From the IMG/VR virus record IMGVR_UViG_3300029305_004678, positions 95,800-159,799 of that record: DNA of 64,000 nt. One strand, 5' to 3'. The notes below the pieces were generated by a model. That model was not told where the DNA came from and searched no databases. It was given only the letters and a program-made list of their open reading frames with translations. Position numbers and translations under genes: made by a program. Of the stretch, positions 9,342 to 17,766 are shown piece by piece (position 1 is the first letter of the stretch; each line of letters opens with the position of its first letter). The DNA is from a virus (lineage: Duplodnaviria > Caudoviricetes).

Positions 9342-10148
9342 TTAAGAATGTCTCTCAATCTTTCTTCTATTCTTTTCATACTTATCTACAAGTTTTTCCC
9401 TAGTAATAACTAATTTCTGAACAAAGTCATCTCTAGTCATATAAGGGGTTAGTCTAAATACAGTCATACCCATAATATTCCAAAGAACACGGATAGGATC
9501 ATCAAATTGTCTGATAATTAAACGACCGATCCACTCAAGAGGATTATCTGCAGGAATAGATCTTGCTGCTTCAATAAGTTTATCTGTAACCTTAATAGCC
9601 TCTTCCATCAACTGCACTCTAGTATCAGGATTCTTATCCTCTTTATACTTTTTCTGAAGCTCTTTAAGCTTAGCATAATCTTCAGATTTGATAATCTTTC
9701 GCTTGCTAGCGAAAGACGCTTCATTTATAAACCATACTTCTTCGAAAATGCCATAAGATTCATTATACTTGTCAGGATGACGACGTATATGCTTAATTAT
9801 ACCATTTTTTGCATCAAACTCGTTTGCATTTAACCTAGCAACATCATCCATACTATCTCCTGCTTGTTTTTTAATCTTAGAATATTCTGGGTTATCTTTA
9901 GAACTCATAACCTTTACAAATTTATCCATATTTTGATGAAATTGACCAATACGTCTATCATTTTCTTTTTTAAATATTTCATTAGCCTTATCTCTAATCT
10001 TTTTATCATCTTCTGTACTATATTTTTCACGATTTAGAGATCTTCTTTGCTCTCTATCATCACTTGTTTTCTTATTAGCTTTAGTCTCTTTTTCTTTATT
10101 CTTCTTATAATCTTCGAGCTGTTGACCCTCAGTAATAGAATAAATCAT
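9342..10148 (-). CDS. putative internal head protein, N-terminal half paralogous to 5990..6682
   Basis: EGQQLEDYKK...KHIRRH...NESYGIFEEVWFINEAS; duplicated leader. Confidence 0.55.
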   Translation of the reverse strand: MIYSITEGQQLEDYKKNKEKETKANKKTSDDREQRRSLNREKYSTEDDKKIRDKANEIFKKENDRRIGQFHQNMDKFVKVMSSKDNPEYSKIKKQAGDSMDDVARLNANEFDAKNGIIKHIRRHPDKYNESYGIFEEVWFINEASFASKRKIIKSEDYAKLKELQKKYKEDKNPDTRVQLMEEAIKVTDKLIEAARSIPADNPLEWIGRLIIRQFDDPIRVLWNIMGMTVFRLTPYMTRDDFVQKLVITREKLVDKYEKNRRKIERHS

Positions 10149-10242
10149 TTTATTATATTCTCCTTTCAAGAGTTCTTTATTATTTCGTTTTTTTTTTGTG
10201 AGTAAAGTGGTCAAAAAGTGATGTTTTAGATGGACAAATAAA

Positions 10243-10278
10243 AAAATAAAGGTTAGCTCATGAGCTAACCTTTATTTT
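10243..10278. terminator. intrinsic terminator (palindromic)
   Basis: AAAATAAAGGTTAGCTCATGAGCTAACCTTTATTTT. Confidence 0.8.
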
Positions 10279-10281
10279 AGT

Positions 10282-11265
10282 TTAAACCCTATTAGGAATA
10301 AGGGAATATACAACTCCGATAATACTTCCGGTTGTTGTTCCACCATTTCCTCTATCAGGAATAGGACAACCATGAGCAATCTCAAGCTGAATTAGGAGTT
10401 CATTAGTACGCTTTAACTCTATAATGTTATACTCAAAACCATCTTCCTCGATTTCAGTGCCTACACTTTTAGTAGAAAATCCGAAATCTTCAGCAGCCTT
10501 AACTACAACAGCATCTATCTGAGATATAAATACTTCAAGAATTTCATGTTTCTCAAAAGATGGTGTAGTCAATTCGATTCTGGGACTGATTATGCGAATC
10601 GGTTTAGTCGATTTATCATCGACCTCAATTCCATTAATCCAAAGATCTTTGGAAAGCATAATACCACTTCTAAGCTTATGTTTATTAGGTGTATTCATTT
10701 TTCGAGTTTTAAGGATGATGTCTTTTTCAAAGTATGATACTAGATGGTCTATGAAATCAAACATACCTTTCTCAAGATAATTCTTGAATGATTCTTCACT
10801 AATCTTAGCTACATATTTCTTTGGATAATACTCTTCATAAAGATCTACTAGGAAACCTTTAAGAAGACTGACATCATATCCTGCGGTAGCATACACTCTC
10901 ATCAAATCTCCGAAAACAACAGGAATCTCTTTTAAATCAATATCGAATTGAAGGCCTTCTTCTTCATCTACAATTACATTGTTTTGAACTATGAGCACTA
11001 TTGCCTGTCCAAGTAGAGATTCTTGTTTTATAATGTCTAGAATCTTCGAGTTTCTCCACTCAATCCCGTGCAAGTACATTTTAAGTGAATTTATAATAGA
11101 TGATACTTTATCATTTATATTATCGAATGGCTTCAGCATACGATATTTGTTGAAATAAAATTGGTCTCGTTCAGATAAAGATAGTATGCTATTATAGGAT
11201 TCGGTATAGTCATATACTGATCCTCTTAGCACTTCGGATCCAATTCTTTCATTTCTTATATCCAT
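10282..11265 (-). CDS. hypothetical protein (327 aa)
   Basis: Long ORF with AAGGAG RBS. Confidence 0.8.
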   Translation of the reverse strand: MDIRNERIGSEVLRGSVYDYTESYNSILSLSERDQFYFNKYRMLKPFDNINDKVSSIINSLKMYLHGIEWRNSKILDIIKQESLLGQAIVLIVQNNVIVDEEEGLQFDIDLKEIPVVFGDLMRVYATAGYDVSLLKGFLVDLYEEYYPKKYVAKISEESFKNYLEKGMFDFIDHLVSYFEKDIILKTRKMNTPNKHKLRSGIMLSKDLWINGIEVDDKSTKPIRIISPRIELTTPSFEKHEILEVFISQIDAVVVKAAEDFGFSTKSVGTEIEEDGFEYNIIELKRTNELLIQLEIAHGCPIPDRGNGGTTTGSIIGVVYSLIPNRV

Positions 11266-11280
11266 TTTCTTATTTACTCC

Positions 11281-11643
11281 TTATAAATCCAGGTCTATAT
11301 CGAAAAGACGTTTTACATTTTGAGCTACTATAGCTCTTACATTATCTACACCTTCAAAGGATATATATTCATAATGATTACCATTTATATTTATAGGATT
11401 TCCATCTTCATGGTAGTATCCTATGAAACATCCATTAAATTCGTCATCATGAAATCCTATCATAAGATTTTTATTGGGGGCGTACTCATAACAAATGCAA
11501 ATAAAATTATTTCTATTGAAATAGAATGCCGCCTCAAGTTTATCAATGTTTCTCATAATAAATTCATAACTGAAAATTCTAGAGAAAATGGCTAAACTTC
11601 TAATATTTTCGTGAATAATTTTATCATGAAATAATGTAGCCAA
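11281..11643 (-). CDS. hypothetical protein, tandem paralog family
   Basis: IFSYEFI motif; AGGAGG RBS with TTG start. Confidence 0.75.
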   Translation of the reverse strand: MATLFHDKIIHENIRSLAIFSRIFSYEFIMRNIDKLEAAFYFNRNNFICICYEYAPNKNLMIGFHDDEFNGCFIGYYHEDGNPININGNHYEYISFEGVDNVRAIVAQNVKRLFDIDLDL

Positions 11644-11657
11644 AACAAAACCTCCTA

Positions 11658-11981
11658 TTAAATATCGAGTTCTACTTCGAATCCAAAGATATATTTTATA
11701 CTTTCCATCATTTCTTTCTTTGGAGTGTCTACTTTATACTCTTGAGTATAATAACCAAAGCATTCGCCTCTAGCTAATCCCCATACCTTTACAGCTCCAT
11801 TTCCAGAAAAGCAGAATTCTACGCACTGATTGTACTTCGTATCCGTATAGATAAGATGAATATGATACATCTTATCTGTGATGACATTGATCTGGCTTTC
11901 ATACTTTTTCAAAAATTCTTTTGAGAAAATTTTAATAAAGTCTACTAAGCAATTCGGTTTTAATGTTGTTACTTTAACCAT
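11658..11981 (-). CDS. hypothetical protein, tandem paralog family
   Basis: IFSKEFL and FSGNG motifs. Confidence 0.75.
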   Translation of the reverse strand: MVKVTTLKPNCLVDFIKIFSKEFLKKYESQINVITDKMYHIHLIYTDTKYNQCVEFCFSGNGAVKVWGLARGECFGYYTQEYKVDTPKKEMMESIKYIFGFEVELDI

Positions 11982-12000
11982 AATATCTATATCTCCTTTT

Positions 12001-12312
12001 TTAATTCATACCGAAGAAATTCTTATGAAGTAAGGTTATGAATAGATTAGGGTCTTTCTCAAATGTAGATATTTCGAACTGTTTTCTTGACATGAGTGTG
12101 CCATCTGCCAGAAGGCCGGTGAGTTCCAAGATCCCATTACCATTAAAGACAATAATAATATCTCTAATAGAACACATGGGATCACGGATATATTTTACGA
12201 TTATAGAGTATTTGGTTGGTTCGATTTTGATTTTATTAATGTGATCTTCAATAAATTCATGGCTAATAACTTTCATCATATCGATCACTGGCTCATTATT
12301 GATACTAATCAT
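12001..12312 (-). CDS. hypothetical protein, tandem paralog family
   Basis: VISHEFI and FNGNG motifs. Confidence 0.75.
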   Translation of the reverse strand: MISINNEPVIDMMKVISHEFIEDHINKIKIEPTKYSIIVKYIRDPMCSIRDIIIVFNGNGILELTGLLADGTLMSRKQFEISTFEKDPNLFITLLHKNFFGMN

Positions 12313-12450
12313 GTGGTTTCATTCTCCTTATGTATTTTTATTTTATTGTGACATGTATTATAACATCTCATATTTATACTATATAACTGTATCTGATATA
12401 AATTTCATACAAATAAATTGGGAGAAGCCTAAAGCTTCTCCCAATAATAA

Positions 12451-13716
12451 TTATTCATCAGGCAGGAATGCCTTCATAGGATCCATCTCTGTAAAATTAA
12501 GCTGATCATCGTGGAACAGTTTCATAGATAGAACTTTAAGCTTAGAAGGAATCTGAGGGGTAGATGCACCAATATTTCTAATACCTAATCTATAAAATAG
12601 ATTACCAGCACATTTATTGCAGATACCATTCTTTGCTTCGCACATGGAAGAGAATCTAATCTTAATCTTCTTACCGATAAATTTATCTTTATTCTCGGAA
12701 GTAATTTCTATCAATTCTCCATTATCCATTATTACGTAGCAATACATAATTGAGCCTATATTCTTATCAGTAACATTAACTTCTATATATCGTTTTGTTC
12801 CGCAATCAGTATCAGGATCTAGTAGAACTACATGCTGAAATGCAACGAGCAGGAGCTTCTCCCAGTATCCACCTAATTCTGTCTTTTTAGAACGAGAGTA
12901 GGGTCCAGCTGCAAGAGTATTTGCTAACTTGGAATATTCTTCTTTAGAAACTCCATCGATATAATTAGAAGTAATAATATTATAACTCTTTCTAGGATCC
13001 GGATCTTGTACAGAACCTCTCATGATAAACATATTCTTGAAGTTATTTTCAAAAGATCCACCAGCACCAGAGAGGAACATGTCCATAGCAGGATCATCTT
13101 TCATCAACTCTCTAGCATATTCGAGAAGTTCTTTACTAATCTTATCAACTACGATGACATCTCCAGCATCAATAGCAGCTTTATTCTCTTTAATAAGTTC
13201 TTCTTTTCTCTTATTTATACGCTTAGTGATAGTAAGCATATTATCAGAGTGGTTAGGTGCGAGAATACTTACATAAGGCATAAACTTCTGACTCTTTTTA
13301 CAGAAAGTTTTATAGCATTCAATACTTATCTTATCTTCTAGAACAGCATAACCGAGTTTATCGAACAATCTACCATATGCTTTCTTACTAATATTTTCAT
13401 CTACATATCCAATGAATCCAAGAAGTTCAGGGTCACTCTCAATAAAGAATTTATTGAATATAAGGCGACCTATAGTAGTTGTAAAAGGTTGCTTGTTCTT
13501 CTTCTCATTTCCATTAGAAAGAAGTCCACCATAACCACCAATTGGTACAGTGATAATATCATATGGATTAAACCACTGGTGCTTGTTAAAGTCGCCAAAT
13601 AGCTCCATAATTAAACTAGTAGTAATATCTTCTTCTTTTAATTTAACAATATATTCAATATCCTTAGGATCTGTAATCTGTTTAGAAACTCTTTTCTTTA
13701 CAGAAGTAGTAGCCAT
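12451..13716 (-). CDS. phage RNA polymerase beta-prime C-terminal subunit (virion type, phiKZ gp80-like)
   Basis: TTIGRLIFN, SGAGGS, SNYIDG, bridge-helix-like SKKTELGGYWEK, DCGT, and R-x-S-x-x-C...GICNKCAG Zn site; AACT-N6-TA at 13750-13761. Confidence 0.85.
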   Translation of the reverse strand: MATTSVKKRVSKQITDPKDIEYIVKLKEEDITTSLIMELFGDFNKHQWFNPYDIITVPIGGYGGLLSNGNEKKNKQPFTTTIGRLIFNKFFIESDPELLGFIGYVDENISKKAYGRLFDKLGYAVLEDKISIECYKTFCKKSQKFMPYVSILAPNHSDNMLTITKRINKRKEELIKENKAAIDAGDVIVVDKISKELLEYARELMKDDPAMDMFLSGAGGSFENNFKNMFIMRGSVQDPDPRKSYNIITSNYIDGVSKEEYSKLANTLAAGPYSRSKKTELGGYWEKLLLVAFQHVVLLDPDTDCGTKRYIEVNVTDKNIGSIMYCYVIMDNGELIEITSENKDKFIGKKIKIRFSSMCEAKNGICNKCAGNLFYRLGIRNIGASTPQIPSKLKVLSMKLFHDDQLNFTEMDPMKAFLPDE

Positions 13717-13816
13717 ATCAGATAAAATCCCCTTTCAAGTAAATTTAATTACTTATAAGTTCAAACTCTTAAAAATATGTAAAAAATAAAAGGGAGGCTT
13801 TATAGCCTCCCTTTAC

Positions 13817-15997
13817 TTATGCTGGTATAAGTAACCCTATCCGTTTAAACACATTATTAAGCTTATCTATCTCATCAACTGAAAGAATGTTTTCTAATAT
13901 AAGAATATTAGCACAAACATCACCAACATAATTAAATTTATGAAGAAGTAATTTAGATAGAATTTTTTCTTCATCTTCTCTAAATCCGATGCTTGTAAGT
14001 GGACTATAAAAAATATCATTGAATTCTTTCAATCCGTATATAATGACCTCAGCACAATAGTTAAACATCTGTACCGATATACTTTTAGTATTTCTATCAT
14101 GTTCCAACAAATAATCTATAGAAATACCAGATTCAATCTTATTGATTAATTCCATACAATCGTTGAATTTAATGAATCTTAAGATCAATCTATCTAGATA
14201 TGCATCATCCGCTCCAGGGAGATGGTACTGACCTGTCGCATAGAGTATCTTTTCACATACAGAAACACTATCTGGAATTTTATAAGGCATTCTCGGAGTG
14301 ATGAAATCAATAAATAAACAATAATCTTTAATAAGAATTTTATTAGCGACTTTGATCTTGTCATAATTCAAATCATCAAGATCATCAATTGTCCATCTGA
14401 TGATATCAAGCAGCTCCCTCAAATTATATATCTGATGTGGATTTATATACCTATTTATTGTACATAATCTGATTCCCCACATCAATATATTCTCTGGAAG
14501 GAGATTATTCTGATTTGTTCTCACATATTCTTTTGCTTGTTCAATAGATACGGTCAATAGTTTCATAAGAACAGGATTAGAGGATATTTCATAAACTGCA
14601 TCCTTCCATATACCGGAAGCACTATAGCCAGGAACCATGTGAGCAACTTCTTTAGAAGTTTTATGATCTCTATAAATGGCCAAAACTACTTTCTTTGCAT
14701 ATTTCGTAGTTAAGCAATCAAGTACAAAATTCAAACCATCAATATTTATCTTATCAGAAGTAATATCACTACTTATTTTAGATACAAAATTAATAGGCCA
14801 AATGTCTTTCTCATCTCTCATTTCATCTTTTGTATAATATAGGCATCCACCTTCCTCATTCTTTTTCATCTTATCAGATTTGTTCATGGTCCTACCTCCA
14901 GGAGATTTAGTATTCTTGAATAGTGGGGCATCTTTACGATATCTTGGGATATCAATACCATATCTCTTTGATACTTTAATTATTTCATCAGCATTGACAT
15001 CTCCTATACCATTCATACTCAGTAGGCTTATTCTAGATAGTGACTTTAAGTCGCATATATTTTTAATTCCATTTTCTTTAAGCCTATTTATCACTCCAGA
15101 TTTAAGATCTCCCTTCAATCTATCTATAGAACTCGATTCTGTAATAGGACTAGAAAGTTTATGTTCTTCCTCCTTCTTTTTTATGGTAGGTCTAATACCA
15201 AGAGCCAGCGCTTTTGCAATTCTGGGTTCTCCTAATATCCTAAATATATTATCTATAGCATGTTGGATGTCTTTCTCATCGCATTTCATTTTTATAGAGA
15301 TTTCTCTATATGTCATATTTTCCTTATATTTCATTACAATAAGATCAAGTTCATCACCATATACACCCATATTAGATAATACATACTCAATATTCTCTTC
15401 GAAGTTTCTAGGAAGATCTTTAATATCTTCATTCCTATTAACAGAGTATAGCCTTCTATATACATTGCTCGGATAACTGTCTTTAATAAGTCTATACATC
15501 GTATCAACTAGATTAAACTCGATAAGAGCATCTTGAGCAGCATAAGCATATTTCTTAGGAATTGCATCAGCATAGTATAAATCAATTAGATCAGAAATCA
15601 TGGTATATTGATACTTTCTATCGAGAATAGTTATCAAATCTAATGGAATAGGAAGATAACTTATATGATACCTTGTGGTATTATACGAAATCTGATAGAC
15701 TAGTTCTCCAATCTCATTTCCATAATATGCAACAGATTTTAAAAATCCATTGTTCTTTAACCTTTTCAAAGTGTTCTTAAGAATAAGAGTAAGTTCATCA
15801 ACATTAATACCATGCTTAGCAGCGATTTCTTCTAACTTGAGTTCCCCTCTGAAATAATCTACGATATAAGAATACACGGTTTTATTCACTATGAGGCCCT
15901 CTAATACTATACCAATTAAGTGCTCGTCTGCCTTAATATTTGTTATTGTCGGGTATATACATCTTATCATTCGCATTTGCCAATTTACTTGTTTCAT
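13817..15997 (-). CDS. multidomain protein with repeated sigma70 region 4-like HTH and RNAP alpha-CTD-like modules
   Basis: MTYREISIKMK HTH; SIDRL..LKSGVINRLKENGI..ICDL..MNGIG alpha-CTD signature; repeated (Y/W)PxN starts. Confidence 0.7.
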   Translation of the reverse strand: MKQVNWQMRMIRCIYPTITNIKADEHLIGIVLEGLIVNKTVYSYIVDYFRGELKLEEIAAKHGINVDELTLILKNTLKRLKNNGFLKSVAYYGNEIGELVYQISYNTTRYHISYLPIPLDLITILDRKYQYTMISDLIDLYYADAIPKKYAYAAQDALIEFNLVDTMYRLIKDSYPSNVYRRLYSVNRNEDIKDLPRNFEENIEYVLSNMGVYGDELDLIVMKYKENMTYREISIKMKCDEKDIQHAIDNIFRILGEPRIAKALALGIRPTIKKKEEEHKLSSPITESSSIDRLKGDLKSGVINRLKENGIKNICDLKSLSRISLLSMNGIGDVNADEIIKVSKRYGIDIPRYRKDAPLFKNTKSPGGRTMNKSDKMKKNEEGGCLYYTKDEMRDEKDIWPINFVSKISSDITSDKINIDGLNFVLDCLTTKYAKKVVLAIYRDHKTSKEVAHMVPGYSASGIWKDAVYEISSNPVLMKLLTVSIEQAKEYVRTNQNNLLPENILMWGIRLCTINRYINPHQIYNLRELLDIIRWTIDDLDDLNYDKIKVANKILIKDYCLFIDFITPRMPYKIPDSVSVCEKILYATGQYHLPGADDAYLDRLILRFIKFNDCMELINKIESGISIDYLLEHDRNTKSISVQMFNYCAEVIIYGLKEFNDIFYSPLTSIGFREDEEKILSKLLLHKFNYVGDVCANILILENILSVDEIDKLNNVFKRIGLLIPA

Positions 15998-16119
15998 AAT
16001 TTCATTCTCCTTTTCATATATCTGGCTTGTGGTAACCAGATATTATTATCATTTTTATAATATCTTATTAAATTAATGAAAAATACAAAAAAAAAATAAG
16101 GAATGGCAAATACCATTCC

Positions 16120-16710
16120 TTATTCTTCTTTCTTTAAAGATAATCCATGTTCTGCAAGCTTTTCTTCAAGAAGAGATACAGTAGCTTCTCCCATACTTCT
16201 TGCTTTCATGATATCTTTTCTAGTAAATTGAAGGAGATCTCCAACAGTTTCAATATTCTTATCTATACCTATAAGCCATTTGGAAGTTTCTATAGAATTA
16301 TAGAATCTCATAGGCATATGTAAGAAACAGATATCCCATTCAATAACAGGACCATTTAGAAGTCGTTCTGTTTGATCTACTCCCCTAGTTAGAATATATC
16401 TTGATAATCTATTTTGATAAAGCTTTCTGAGAGATACAGATCTGATTATACTAACCTTCTGGGGTGCAACAGATGTCTTTTTAGCAATAGCATATCTATC
16501 AATCTTATCTTTATAGAAGTAAAGCATAACTTCTTTCTCATCTTTATCTAGAGCGACATCCATAGCCTTTAACACTGTAGTCTCAAGATTTTCAGGTGTA
16601 GGTTGAGAAATACCAAAAAGATTAATGAAAAGATTCTTGGGCCATTTCCATGTACTTGTTGCAATTAATGTTTTTACTCCTTTAGAGCGTGTATCGCGAT
16701 ATTCCTGCAT
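16120..16710 (-). CDS. sigma4-like HTH plus RNAP alpha-CTD fusion
   Basis: DRYAIAKKTSVAPQKVSIIRSVSLRKL; IETVGDLLQFTRKDIMKARSMGEATVSLLEEKLAEHGLSL. Confidence 0.8.
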   Translation of the reverse strand: MQEYRDTRSKGVKTLIATSTWKWPKNLFINLFGISQPTPENLETTVLKAMDVALDKDEKEVMLYFYKDKIDRYAIAKKTSVAPQKVSIIRSVSLRKLYQNRLSRYILTRGVDQTERLLNGPVIEWDICFLHMPMRFYNSIETSKWLIGIDKNIETVGDLLQFTRKDIMKARSMGEATVSLLEEKLAEHGLSLKKEE

Positions 16711-16832
16711 GTTGCTTATTCTCCTTTTATGGTTTTATATTAATAATATATTTATTTTTCTTTTCATATTTATATTATATACCCAAATAAAGAAATACCG
16801 GGTGGACTATTGCCCACCCGGATTATTAAATA

Positions 16833-17711
16833 TCACATGTAAATATGATAGATAATTTCAATTCCTTTAGTCTGATCGATCAGAGCTTCATTGGGGAAGT
16901 GTAACTTAGTAAGAGGATGAATATCTTTGTAGTAAACACGTTCAACATCTTGACCTTCAATATTCTTTTCGGTCACAACTACAGGATATCCATAGCACAG
17001 AGACAGAGAATTGATTCGAGATGTATCTACACCAGTAGTAGCATTAAAGAAATCTCTCATGTCTTCTTTTGTAATCTTAAGAGTAATCTCGATATATGTC
17101 TCAGCCTCTTCAGTCTTAACAGAGCTCCAGATATTACCATCTACAGGAGTTCCATCAATATACTGCTGAACGAGAGTAGGCTCATTATCGAATCTCTTAA
17201 AATAATATGCAATATATTCGCCATTATTGATAAGAGTACGACCAAAATAAGATTCTCTCAATGCATCAGAGATATCATTAGTACCAACCTGATAACGGAA
17301 AGGAATCATATTCTCAGGAGTAATCCACTTAGTATAATCTACAGGATAAACCTGAGAATTTTCGGTGCCACAGCCATCTATGCCACAGCAGAACAATACA
17401 ACCTTAGGTTCTTCCTTAGTAGCTTTGGTACCATTTAAAGTTTCCTGATCATGAGAATCTACATCAGGAGTATACATAGAATTGCCAAAGATAGTATTAT
17501 AACTAGGAGAAACTTCAGGGTTGGAGATATCAAAGAGCTTTCTAGCAACTAAACCAGAACCGGAAATAATTACCTTATTTTTCAGGCCCTTAAAAATAAT
17601 CTCACCAGTTTCGAGATTCTTAATATCAATAGAAGTATTAAACGCATGGCCAGACATACTGATATTGTCATCAGTATTCATACCATCGAATATAGCCATC
17701 AGCTTATTCAT
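16833..17711 (-). CDS. putative virion structural (baseplate-region) protein
   Basis: Late promoter 17753-17764; NKVIISG, IPFRY, AYYFKRF pattern typical of jumbo-phage structural proteins. Confidence 0.55.
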   Translation of the reverse strand: MNKLMAIFDGMNTDDNISMSGHAFNTSIDIKNLETGEIIFKGLKNKVIISGSGLVARKLFDISNPEVSPSYNTIFGNSMYTPDVDSHDQETLNGTKATKEEPKVVLFCCGIDGCGTENSQVYPVDYTKWITPENMIPFRYQVGTNDISDALRESYFGRTLINNGEYIAYYFKRFDNEPTLVQQYIDGTPVDGNIWSSVKTEEAETYIEITLKITKEDMRDFFNATTGVDTSRINSLSLCYGYPVVVTEKNIEGQDVERVYYKDIHPLTKLHFPNEALIDQTKGIEIIYHIYM

Positions 17712-17766
17712 AGTATCAGAGCGCCTCCTTATAGTAATTAACTATAGTAATTTAATAATATGTTTA

